This document shows positions 1-8,341 of a stretch of 34,649 nucleotides of DNA, piece by piece. The notes below the pieces were generated by a model. The model did not search any database. It saw only the letters and a list, made by a program, of their open reading frames with translations, and had not been told where the DNA came from. The DNA is from an uncultured bacterium. Its GTDB lineage: Bacteria > CAZSTA01. Made by a program: the position numbers and the translations under genes. Position 1 is the stretch's first letter, and each line of letters begins with the position of its first letter. The DNA lies in the NCBI GenBank assembly GCA_964609495.1, contig CAZSTA010000013.1, positions 1 to 34,649 of the forward strand, given 5' to 3'.

Positions 1-2503
1 CCACAAAATTTAAAACATCCTTTAATACCCTCTCCAGCTCCTCAACCTCTTGAATTATAACCCTGCTATATCTCCTAATAGGGCTTCCCTTCTCCAGTTT
101 TCTCTGAAGACGACGAGCATAGCCACCTATACATACTAGAGGATTTCTTATATCGTGGGCAACAGTCTCTGTTACCTCGCCAATAGCGGCTAACTTCACT
201 GATTTGATAAGCTGTTCCTGAGCCTCCTTTAACTTAGTGTGAGCGGTAGCCAGGCTATCATACATCTCGGCTCTCTCAATCGCCAAACCCACTTGGTTAG
301 CAAAGGTCATCAAGAAATGGATATCCTCATCAGTGATAGGTTGTTGATTATACAAATTATCAACTACCATAACTCCAACTACTCTATCCTTAGCGATAAG
401 AGGAACTGAAGCAAAAGAAGCACAACCGAGGATATCGGCGATCTCTTTCCCATCGTTAGGATCGCTGTTCGCATCCTTTACATTAAAGGGGCTCCTCTCT
501 AAAACTGTTTTAGCTAGGATCCCAGCCTCTGATTTTATAGGTATTCTAATGGACTTAGCTATCTGATTAAATGGTTTATTATCCAGTTCTTCGATCTTAC
601 CCGTAGCTATAATTAAATCTGCTAGAGAGCCTTTCTGAGAGGCGATTTCGCTCCAGATCCTGCCAGCATCCTCCGGGCTCGATGGTCCTAACCCCATTCT
701 TCCTTCCAATACTCCGTTTTTCTCATCGACCAGGAGCAGAACCGCTCGATTGAAACCCATTCCATCCCCCAAAGTTACCGCGGTAAGGATAATATATAGC
801 AACTCCTTAAGCTGAAGCGTGCCTTGCATAGCTTTGCTTACTTCCTGAAGCATAGAGAGCTTCTTGACCTTAATCTCATTTGCCCGGGCAAGCCTCTCCG
901 CTCTCTCATACAGCCTAGCGTTTTCGATAGCCAAACCAGCCTGATAGGCGAAGGTGGATAACAACTGCATATCCTCACTGGTGATAGCTTTATCCCTGTC
1001 GAAAGCCACTGAAATTATCCCTATGACTTTATCCCCAGCTATAATAGGTATAGTGACAAAGGACTTTGTTCCTGTAGCCCGAAATAATTCTCTAATAGAT
1101 TCACTCAAACGCAGATCATTAAGAGGATCGTTGACCAGAACTGGTCTCTTCTCTCTTATAGCGATCTCTGAAGGATTTCCTTCTAAACCGAGAGGAGTTT
1201 TATCATAAATAACCTCTGGAGTCACTCCCTCTCCAAAGCCAGCTTTGCCAGCTAATACATTCTCCTCCTCATCGATGAGGGCCAGCCATCCCCGATCGAA
1301 GCTGAACTCCTTCACTCTTTGCATAATAAGCAGAAGTTTTTCCTCAAGAGAAGTCGGTCTCAATAATTCTTGAGCTGTAGTTTGCAGATTCTTCATATCA
1401 TCAGCTCTTTTAGTAGTGAAGGCGAAAAGCCTAGCGTTTTCGATAGCCTGCACGGCCTGAGAAGCGAAGGTGGAGAGAAGTTGAAGATCCCCCTCGGTGA
1501 AGCCCTCCAAGGAGATCCCACTGAAGGAGGTTTTATCATATACCGCTAGGCTTCCTATAACCTTCCCCTCGACGAGCAAGGGAACACAAATCAAGCAGGA
1601 TATCACTGATTTAGTCGCATCTGCGAATCTAGGATTGGACCGAACATCGTTTATCAGAGCAGGTTGTCCTTTCTCAGCTACCCATCCTGCTATCCCCTCT
1701 CCAAGCTCAAGGGTCGATTCCTCAGCTATCTTTAGATCTACCCCGTGATAAGCCCTGATCCTCAGCAGACCCTCCTCATCCAAAAGCCTCAAGACGCTCC
1801 CTCTGGCTTTAATAACTCGGGCACTCTCGAAGGCAATAAGATTCAATAAAACTCCTAGATCACGCGTGGAATTTATTGCCATACCGATGTCATATAAAGT
1901 TGATAACTCGGCTAGTCTCTGTTTAATAGTATTATGCAATTGAGAATTGCGAATCGCAGGAGCAACTTGATCCGCTATAGTCGAGAGCAAAGCTATATCT
2001 CTCTGGCTATAATCTCTCCTCTCTACGGTATATACATTGAGCATCCCCAATAAATTCCCCTCATCTACTAGAGGAACTGCTAATTGGGAATTAAATCCTC
2101 CCTCCCCAGCTTTGGGGAAAGGGTCGGTCCCCTTTCCCCACTCCACTAAATCCCGAACCACTATCGGCTTTCTCTCTTGAGCCGACCGACCGGTTATTCC
2201 CTCTCCCAGTCCGATCCTTATCGGTCCCAACGCCTCCTTTAAGGGAACTTTTGAACCTTGAGTTTTATTGTCGGCAAAAGTTCCCTCATCGAGTCCCGCG
2301 GATGCTTCGAGGACTAAATCATCCGCCACTTCGTCCCCTAGATAGATAGAACAAGCATCTATCTTCATCAGAGAGACAGTAGCTTCCACTATAGCCTGCA
2401 ACCTCTCGTCAAGATCGAGGGCTGATCTCACCACCTTGCCGATCTCACTTAATATAGCTAATTCTCGCATTTCTCCTTCAGAATAGCTACTAGCATCGTT
2501 CAT
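1..2503 (-). CDS. Multi-GAF (four GAF) sensor histidine kinase, 3' end truncated by window edge
   Basis: Not in ORF track because no stop lies in the window. ATG at 2503-2501 (MNDASSYSEGEMRELAILSEIGK...). GAF-type segments include GEGITGRSA and GEGIAGWVA. HisKA H-box KLAAIGEVTETVAHDIRNPLVCIGGYARRL (His codon 157-155) is in the same frame as the ATG. Confidence 0.9.
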   Translation of the reverse strand, partial: MNDASSYSEGEMRELAILSEIGKVVRSALDLDERLQAIVEATVSLMKIDACSIYLGDEVADDLVLEASAGLDEGTFADNKTQGSKVPLKEALGPIRIGLGEGITGRSAQERKPIVVRDLVEWGKGTDPFPKAGEGGFNSQLAVPLVDEGNLLGMLNVYTVERRDYSQRDIALLSTIADQVAPAIRNSQLHNTIKQRLAELSTLYDIGMAINSTRDLGVLLNLIAFESARVIKARGSVLRLLDEEGLLRIRAYHGVDLKIAEESTLELGEGIAGWVAEKGQPALINDVRSNPRFADATKSVISCLICVPLLVEGKVIGSLAVYDKTSFSGISLEGFTEGDLQLLSTFASQAVQAIENARLFAFTTKRADDMKNLQTTAQELLRPTSLEEKLLLIMQRVKEFSFDRGWLALIDEEENVLAGKAGFGEGVTPEVIYDKTPLGLEGNPSEIAIREKRPVLVNDPLNDLRLSESIRELFRATGTKSFVTIPIIAGDKVIGIISVAFDRDKAITSEDMQLLSTFAYQAGLAIENARLYERAERLARANEIKVKKLSMLQEVSKAMQGTLQLKELLYIILTAVTLGDGMGFNRAVLLLVDEKNGVLEGRMGLGPSSPEDAGRIWSEIASQKGSLADLIIATGKIEELDNKPFNQIAKSIRIPIKSEAGILAKTVLERSPFNVKDANSDPNDGKEIADILGCASFASVPLIAKDRVVGVMVVDNLYNQQPITDEDIHFLMTFANQVGLAIERAEMYDSLATAHTKLKEAQEQLIKSVKLAAIGEVTETVAHDIRNPLVCIGGYARRLQRKLEKGSPIRRYSRVIIQEVEELERVLKDVLNFV
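2113..2140. repeat. GC-rich hairpin inside kinase CDS
   Basis: TGGGGAAAGGG (2113-2123) / TCGGTC loop / CCCTTTCCCCA (2130-2140): perfect 11-bp inverted repeat, translated WGKGTDPFP. Confidence 0.6.
2242..2286. repeat. Palindromic repeat copy A (45 bp), in frame within kinase GAF1
   Basis: Perfect 12-bp IR AGGGAACTTTTG (2242-2253) / CAAAAGTTCCCT (2275-2286) around a 21-nt loop containing CTTGAGTTTTATTG; minus-strand translation GTFADNKTQGSKVP. Confidence 0.92.
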
Positions 2504-2552
2504 ATCTGACCCCCCATTATAATATAGAGGAGATAAAAGGGGAGAGGCCCCT

Positions 2553-2603
2553 AAAAGGGAATCTTTAACCTTGAGTTTTATTGGAAGCAAAAAGTTTCCT
2601 TTT
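2553..2603. repeat. Palindromic repeat copy C (degenerate), intergenic just after the PEPCK-like stop
   Basis: AAAAGGGAATCTTT-AACCTTGAGTTTTATTG-GAAGC-AAAAAGTTTCCTTTT; shares the loop AACCTTGAGTTTTATTG with copy A; stop codon at 2607-2605. Confidence 0.85.
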
Positions 2604-2604
2604 C

Positions 2605-4224
2605 TCAATGGTAAGGTAGTGATTCTCTGATGTGCGAGGGTATCTTGCCATATTTCCCCTCAAAAGTCTCCAAATATTCCTCTCGTCCCGAAAGGAAGTC
2701 CTTCAACTTACTCTCCAATAATCTAGCATCTGGAAATAGCGGTCTCGCCACCAAAAGATTTAGATCGGCTCTATTGCACGCGATCGGGAAGTGATAACCA
2801 AGATGATCTGTCTCTTGACTGAAGACAAGGCGATTTCTCAGCAGATCATCATAAGTTGCCAACGATTGCTGGAGGTTGATCTCCCTCTCATCTTGCCCTA
2901 TCGTTCCCGTATTAGCTAAGTAACATTGAATATCAGGATTCTTCTTCATAAATTCGTAGAAGATCATAGCATGCAGAAGCCGGTCTCCAGCCACAAAGGG
3001 ATCTAAAAAGAACACTCGTTTGAACTTGCCCGCTTCCTCGGGGTTTCCTCCCGAGGTCTCTATCGATTCGCCATAGATAAGTTGCATCGTCGCTTGTTCT
3101 GGTGTCAACTTTGAGATACCGTTGACTAAGGCGTTTCTGGTGAGCAAAATAATATAATTGATCTTATCTGCCCTTAGTCCTGGACTCGCTAATCCCAAAT
3201 TTTCTCTCGTTATTACTGCTCTTCCATTGGCAGTTTTAGATAGATTCAAAAAATCAGGGACACCATCTTTAAGGAACACGTTCTCCAGAAAAGCATCTCT
3301 TGAAGTCGCAGCTCTAAGTATCTCGGGTTGATCTTCATCTAATCCCTCGGTCTTAATGAACATCCCATTCAACTCGAAGGCCGCGTAAGAACCATCGAAT
3401 CCGAACTGCCCTCCATCGTCTCCTATAACCTCCGAGTATTCTCCAGGTAACCTTGCCAATCCTCGACACGAGGTCGTAGTCTTACCCGTAGCGGTCAAGC
3501 CCGATATCGAGGTAATGATCTCAGTTAAGTTTTCCTTCTTAGAGGCGGGATCATAAGCGCGGAGATAATCTCGTCTAGCACCGGCGTGTAAGAAGAGCCC
3601 AGTTTTATCTATCGTTTTGATTCTCCAATCTTCAAACGTGAAGACCCCCTTCTTACCCTCCCCGGTATAGGTGCTATTCCTACAGATCTTAATTTGATCG
3701 CCTCTCACCTCGCCCATCGCTAAACAAATTTGAACATCTTTCTCGATAAGTCTTTTCTCTTTATTTCGCTCAAATTCTTCATCGCTGAAGAATATTATAG
3801 TATAAGTTGGTTTCTCAACAATTCTGGGAGTAGGTTTATCGAAGAGTAGTTTCAAACCATAAGCTAATTGAGCATGTTTCTCCGGCATAAGGAATCTTGT
3901 AGTAACTCCATCCTTCCCGTCCCCAATGATCACATCGAGCGATATAACATCCTCAGAGCTTAGTATATCTACCGTTTGGTGGGTTAATCTCCTCTCCTCC
4001 TCACCGAACTGATCGTCTATGCTATTTTTGGTGAGAGGTGCGGCTCTCGATGTTGGCTCTGAATCCGCGGCGATTGAACCCATCTTTGTCTCAATTACCC
4101 CCTCCTGCTTCAAGGCTAGATCACGTAGCTGTTCGAGAGAATAACCCTCATGTAATCTACCTTGCTTCTTAGCATCTGAATAGATCTTCTCAGCCGTCCA
4201 CTTAAATTCAGCTTCAATATTCAT
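2605..4224 (-). CDS. Phosphoenolpyruvate carboxykinase (ATP)-like protein, divergent
   Basis: Motifs YTGEGKKG, LHAG, P-loop GLTATGKTT, IGDD, FIKT, NGR and LANTG occur in PEPCK order. Confidence 0.7.
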   Translation of the reverse strand: MNIEAEFKWTAEKIYSDAKKQGRLHEGYSLEQLRDLALKQEGVIETKMGSIAADSEPTSRAAPLTKNSIDDQFGEEERRLTHQTVDILSSEDVISLDVIIGDGKDGVTTRFLMPEKHAQLAYGLKLLFDKPTPRIVEKPTYTIIFFSDEEFERNKEKRLIEKDVQICLAMGEVRGDQIKICRNSTYTGEGKKGVFTFEDWRIKTIDKTGLFLHAGARRDYLRAYDPASKKENLTEIITSISGLTATGKTTTSCRGLARLPGEYSEVIGDDGGQFGFDGSYAAFELNGMFIKTEGLDEDQPEILRAATSRDAFLENVFLKDGVPDFLNLSKTANGRAVITRENLGLASPGLRADKINYIILLTRNALVNGISKLTPEQATMQLIYGESIETSGGNPEEAGKFKRVFFLDPFVAGDRLLHAMIFYEFMKKNPDIQCYLANTGTIGQDEREINLQQSLATYDDLLRNRLVFSQETDHLGYHFPIACNRADLNLLVARPLFPDARLLESKLKDFLSGREEYLETFEGKYGKIPSHIRESLPYH

Positions 4225-4246
4225 TCTAACAACTACCCCCCTTTAA

Positions 4247-4327
4247 AAGGAAACTTTTTAACTTACATATTTTTATCTGCAAAAGTTACCAGAGCACTTG
4301 AGTTTTATCGCCCGTAAAAGTTTCCTT
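4247..4327. repeat. Palindromic repeat copy D (long 81-bp variant)
   Basis: Perfect 12-bp terminal IR AAGGAAACTTTT (4247-4258) / AAAAGTTTCCTT (4316-4327); contains CTTGAGTTTTATCG and an extra internal CAAAAGTT. Confidence 0.85.
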
Positions 4328-4379
4328 GTTACACTAATAAAAACTAACTTCTGGTTTTCAATATTTCAGTTTTAATTTG

Positions 4380-4430
4380 TCTGCAAAAGTTACCAGAACA
4401 CTTGAGTTTTATTGCCCGTAAAAGTTCCTT
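4380..4430. repeat. Palindromic repeat copy E, direct repeat of 4276-4327, overlapping glgA stop
   Basis: TCTGCAAAAGTTACCAGAACACTTGAGTTTTATTGCCCGTAAAAGTTCCTT differs from 4276-4327 by 2 substitutions and a 1-nt indel; its minus strand encodes the GlgA tail RNFYGQ*. Confidence 0.85.
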
Positions 4431-5968
4431 TTATCCACTGCCCTCTTATAAAGCTCTACATATTTTTGGGCGGAAACCCTCCAGGAGAAATCAGCTTGCA
4501 TTGCGTTCCTCACTAATTTATGCCAAGCAGACTTATCCTTATAGGTCTGTATTGCCCTTTCTATAGTCTCGAGCAGAGCTTTGGAGGAATATTCCTCAAA
4601 GACGAAGCCATTTCCCTCACCGGTATCGCTATCGTAATCTTCAATAGTATCGGCTAAGCCTCCTACAGCTCGCACTATAGGAATGGTCCCATACTTCAAA
4701 CTATAGAGTTGATTTAGACCACAAGGTTCAAAGCGAGATGGCATCAGGAACATATCCGCAGACGCCTCGATGCGATGAGCCAAAGCATTATTGAAGGTCA
4801 GGTTTATCCCGGCTTTACTTGGATATTTATGTCCGATCTCAGTGAAAATTTTATGATACTTTGGTAAACCAGTTCCTAAAAGGACGAATTGAATATCAAG
4901 GGACATCATCTCGTCCGCAATCTCAGCCACCAGATCGAACCCCTTCTGATCGACCAGGCGAGATATTACACCTATTAACGGGATATCACCACCCATAAGG
5001 GGAAGGTTATTCTCCTCCAATAACTTCTCCTTATCCTTTCTCTTCCCAGAGAGATCATCGAAGCTGTATTTATAAGGGATCAACTCGTCGATCTCAGGAT
5101 TCCAGACCTCATAGTCTATGCCATTTACAATACCAAAGAGATCCTCGCTCCTGTCCCTTAAAACTCCCTCCAAGCCACATCCATACTCTGGACCGCTCTG
5201 GATCTCCTCGGCATATCTTTCGCTTACGGTATTCAAGAGGTCCGCATACACCAAGCCGACCTTCATGAAGTTGATCTGTCCCCAGTACTCGAAGGGGCTC
5301 ATAGGATAAAACATATCCCAACCGAAACCGGTCAACTCCATTATCTCTTTGGGATATACCCCTTGATATTCCAAGTTATGGATACTATATAGGGTAGCTA
5401 TACCTTTAAAGAAAGGATCGGAGGCATAGAGAGTCTTAAGGTAAGCCGGGATCAATCCCACATGGTAATCATTACAGTGAAGCACATCGGGTTTCCATTG
5501 CAGAGCTTTCAAAACCTCCAGAGTCGCCCTGGAGAAGAAGATAAATCTCTCCGCGTTATCAGGATATCCCAAGCCTGTTTTGGGGTCGGTGTATATTCCA
5601 TCTCGATCAAAGTAGGTGTCGTTACCTATGAAATATACTTCCACCTCGCTATTTGGCAATCTGGAGGTGAAGAGGGAAATATTCTCCCTTTTTTGTCCAA
5701 TTGGAACGTTTAGATCGGGTATATCCTCAATCTTTTCGAGACCAAATTTCTCCTCATCGATCATTTTGTGTTTGGGCATAAAGACGCGTGCTTGGAGATT
5801 CTCGATCTTCTCCAACTCCTTAGGCAAAGCTCCGACTACATCAGCCACCCCGCCTGCCTTGGCAAAAGGAACTACCTCAGCCGCTACGATCGCCACTGAA
5901 AGGGGAACCTTTGAACCTTGAGTTTTGTTGCCGGCAAAAGTTCCCTTTTTCAACTCACTTTGACTCAA
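4409..5968 (-). CDS. glgA: Glycogen synthase (GT5)
   Basis: KxGG motif AKAGGVADV, HCNDYH, IHNLEYQG, ISRLVDQKG, SRFEPCGLNQ; TTG start preceded by SD AAGGAGG. Confidence 0.95.
   Translation of the reverse strand: MSQSELKKGTFAGNKTQGSKVPLSVAIVAAEVVPFAKAGGVADVVGALPKELEKIENLQARVFMPKHKMIDEEKFGLEKIEDIPDLNVPIGQKRENISLFTSRLPNSEVEVYFIGNDTYFDRDGIYTDPKTGLGYPDNAERFIFFSRATLEVLKALQWKPDVLHCNDYHVGLIPAYLKTLYASDPFFKGIATLYSIHNLEYQGVYPKEIMELTGFGWDMFYPMSPFEYWGQINFMKVGLVYADLLNTVSERYAEEIQSGPEYGCGLEGVLRDRSEDLFGIVNGIDYEVWNPEIDELIPYKYSFDDLSGKRKDKEKLLEENNLPLMGGDIPLIGVISRLVDQKGFDLVAEIADEMMSLDIQFVLLGTGLPKYHKIFTEIGHKYPSKAGINLTFNNALAHRIEASADMFLMPSRFEPCGLNQLYSLKYGTIPIVRAVGGLADTIEDYDSDTGEGNGFVFEEYSSKALLETIERAIQTYKDKSAWHKLVRNAMQADFSWRVSAQKYVELYKRAVDKRNFYGQ
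5903..5945. repeat. Palindromic repeat copy B, in frame at GlgA N-terminus
   Basis: GGGAACCTTTG / CAAAAGTTCCC; 40 of 43 nt identical to 2243-2285; encodes GTFAGNKTQGSKVP. Confidence 0.92.
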
Positions 5969-6056
5969 AATATGAACCTCCTTAAATTATATTTTGATCC
6001 AATGAATAGACAAAAGAATTATATAACTAATATTTCATAGGGCTGTATTACTCCTA

Positions 6057-6085
6057 ATGATAACACAATTTTGCCGAATTGTCCA
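6057..6085 (-). promoter_or_regulatory. Putative sigma70 promoter for glgA
   Basis: Minus strand TGGACA-17 nt-TATCAT with extended -10 TG. Confidence 0.4.
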
Positions 6086-6106
6086 GATACAAGGGCTTTA
6101 GGAAGA

Positions 6107-7315
6107 TTATGCTCCATACTTATTCAACCTAAGCGAGTGAGCAAGCATAAGGGGAATAGCTTCCGTTGCGGGGAATCTTCCCAATCCCCCATTCGAAGCA
6201 CACTCCCTCTCTGAGAAAACCTGCACCTTATCGGCAAGGCAAACTGGGGAGTAGAGCAAGAAGGGATTGGGGTGCCAGCTATGAGCTTTGAGCTTAGCAG
6301 GAGTCGAGTGATCTCCCGTTACCACTATAACCTCGGGCTTAAGCGCCTCTAGGCGAGGAATAAACTTATCCACCTCCTCAATTATCCCTACTTTAGCCTC
6401 GAAATTACCATCCTCACCATAGCTATCGGTCTTCTTAATATGAACGTAGAAGAAATCGAACTTCGCAAAGTTCTTCTCTAGAGTATTAAATTCGCTCTCT
6501 ATTGTAGATCCCGTCTCCAGAATATCCATCCCTACCAATCTAGCTAATCCCTTATACATGGGATAATTAGCTATAGCCGCGGTTTTCAAGCCAAATACTT
6601 CCTTCATCGAAGGGATATCAGGATGTTTGGCTAAACCTCTCAGAAGGGCGGTGTTAGCTGGACGCTCATCTTTCAAGACCTCATTTACTCTCTCGATGAA
6701 CTTATTAGCTATCTCGGCGCTCTTCTTCGCCCCTTCATTTAAAGCCTCGATCTTGAGGGGTTTCAAGCCAGGCTTTTGAGGATCGCTCTCGGTTAGACCA
6801 TCACTCAATCCATCTCCTCGGAAGACGACTACGAAACGGTGCTCCTTACCTGGTCTTATTATTACCTCCACATCGTCGATCTTTCCGATCTTTTCAGCCA
6901 ATAGTTTACATAATTGCTCATTCTTCTCAGTGGGAATCCTACCAGCGCGACGATCGGTAATTATCCCATCCTTCATAGTAGCGAAATTTGCTCTACAAGC
7001 AAGATCCCTCTTAGTCATCTCAAATCCTATTCCTAATGCCTCTAAGACTCCTCTACCGATCTGATACTTGAGGGGGTCATAGCCGAAGAGGGCTAGATGA
7101 GAGGGACCGCTACCAGGAGTGATCCCCGGACTGATGGCTTCTGATAATCCACAGTTACTCTTAGAGGCTAAACTATCCAGATTCGGCGTGTTAGCTGTCT
7201 CCAGTTCAGTCTTGCCTCCCTCGACCATCGGGAGACCTCCCAGTCCATCTATTACTAATAGAACTATCTTGGTGTCAACTTCGTTCAATAAAGACTTGAT
7301 TATCTCGAAATCCAT
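6107..7315 (-). CDS. apgM: 2,3-bisphosphoglycerate-independent phosphoglycerate mutase (archaeal/ApgM type)
   Basis: IDGLGG, TPGSGPSHLALFGYDP, DRRAGRI, KKTDSYGEDG, TGDHSTP, HSWHP. Confidence 0.92.
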   Translation of the reverse strand: MDFEIIKSLLNEVDTKIVLLVIDGLGGLPMVEGGKTELETANTPNLDSLASKSNCGLSEAISPGITPGSGPSHLALFGYDPLKYQIGRGVLEALGIGFEMTKRDLACRANFATMKDGIITDRRAGRIPTEKNEQLCKLLAEKIGKIDDVEVIIRPGKEHRFVVVFRGDGLSDGLTESDPQKPGLKPLKIEALNEGAKKSAEIANKFIERVNEVLKDERPANTALLRGLAKHPDIPSMKEVFGLKTAAIANYPMYKGLARLVGMDILETGSTIESEFNTLEKNFAKFDFFYVHIKKTDSYGEDGNFEAKVGIIEEVDKFIPRLEALKPEVIVVTGDHSTPAKLKAHSWHPNPFLLYSPVCLADKVQVFSERECASNGGLGRFPATEAIPLMLAHSLRLNKYGA

Positions 7316-7347
7316 AATCTACCTCCATAAGAAATTATAAGACCTGA

Positions 7348-8268
7348 TCAAAATTCTCCTAACAATTTCACTTCCAGTTCTAATTCAATTCCGAAAGCCT
7401 TTCTAACTCTATCCCTAACTTCATCGATTAAAGCGAGAACCTCTCCAGCCTTGGCATATCCCCTATTTAAGATGAAGTTGGCGTGTAGCTCAGAAACGAT
7501 AGCATCTCCTCTGTCTATCCCCTTACAGCCAGCCAGATCGATCAATCTTCCTGCGAAGTCTCCTTCTGGATTCTTAAAGATACATCCAGCACTGGGGAAA
7601 TTTTGAGGTAGAGTCCTTCGCCTCTTGTCCTTAATCCACTCCATCCTCTTCTCAATATCTCCGATATCTCCTTCCTCAAGCTTCATCTGAGCCTCTAGCA
7701 CTATCTCACCTTTTTGAGAAGTGAATCTACTCTTTTTATAGCTATAATCTAACTGTTCTCCAGGTAAAGTTTCAACTTCACCCTGCCGATTTAATATCTT
7801 AACTTCGGTCACCACCTGACCGATATCTTGACCTGCACAACCCGCGTTCATAACTACCGCTCCCCCCACAGTGCCAGGGATCCCTATACCGAACTCCAAC
7901 CCGCTCAATCCATTCCTAGCCGCAAAGCGTGATAAGGATGGTAAATGCGCTCCTGCAGACACCCTCAATTTATCCTCGAAAAGCTCCAGATGATCTAGAA
8001 CTCCACCTATCTTGATAACGATACCTCTTATCCCTCTGTCGCTGACCAATAGATTCGTTCCCCTGCCTATCGTATATAAGGGCAAATCGTTATCTCGGGA
8101 GTAATGAACAACGTTTATCAGATCCTCAATACTGTTGGGGGTGATAAATATATCCGCTGGACCTCCAATCCGAAAGGAGGTATGATCCCTCATACTCTCA
8201 TTTATCAATATATCGCTATTGATTATCTTCTTCAATTGGTCTATATTTCTATTTAAGCTGATCATCAT
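7348..8268 (-). CDS. murB: UDP-N-acetylenolpyruvoylglucosamine reductase
   Basis: HTSFRIGGPA, GRGTNLL, GIPGTVGGAVVMNAG, SAGCIFKNP, HANF, LELEV. Confidence 0.95.
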   Translation of the reverse strand: MMISLNRNIDQLKKIINSDILINESMRDHTSFRIGGPADIFITPNSIEDLINVVHYSRDNDLPLYTIGRGTNLLVSDRGIRGIVIKIGGVLDHLELFEDKLRVSAGAHLPSLSRFAARNGLSGLEFGIGIPGTVGGAVVMNAGCAGQDIGQVVTEVKILNRQGEVETLPGEQLDYSYKKSRFTSQKGEIVLEAQMKLEEGDIGDIEKRMEWIKDKRRRTLPQNFPSAGCIFKNPEGDFAGRLIDLAGCKGIDRGDAIVSELHANFILNRGYAKAGEVLALIDEVRDRVRKAFGIELELEVKLLGEF

Positions 8269-8289
8269 TCCTATTCATTAGTTACCAAG

Positions 8290-8318
8290 ATTTTACTATA
8301 ATTATCTAATTTTGTCAA
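8290..8318 (-). promoter_or_regulatory. Putative sigma70 promoter for murB-apgM
   Basis: Minus strand TTGACA (8318-8313)-17 nt-TAAAAT (8295-8290). Confidence 0.55.
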
Positions 8319-8341
8319 TTCCAATCCAAAATCTTCTCCCT

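Noticed and set aside
954-1748. Plus-strand ORFs 954..1208 and 1497..1748
   Set aside because: Antisense shadows of the histidine kinase gene with no recognisable motifs.
2553-4430. Repeats as integron attC sites (AAC...GTT cores flanking genes)
   Set aside because: Ends do not fit RYYYAAC/GTTRRRY, the flanked genes are housekeeping, and no integrase is present.
2242-5945. Repeat family as a CRISPR array
   Set aside because: Copies are irregularly spaced (tens of bp to over 1.5 kb apart), two lie inside CDSs, there are no uniform spacers and no cas genes.
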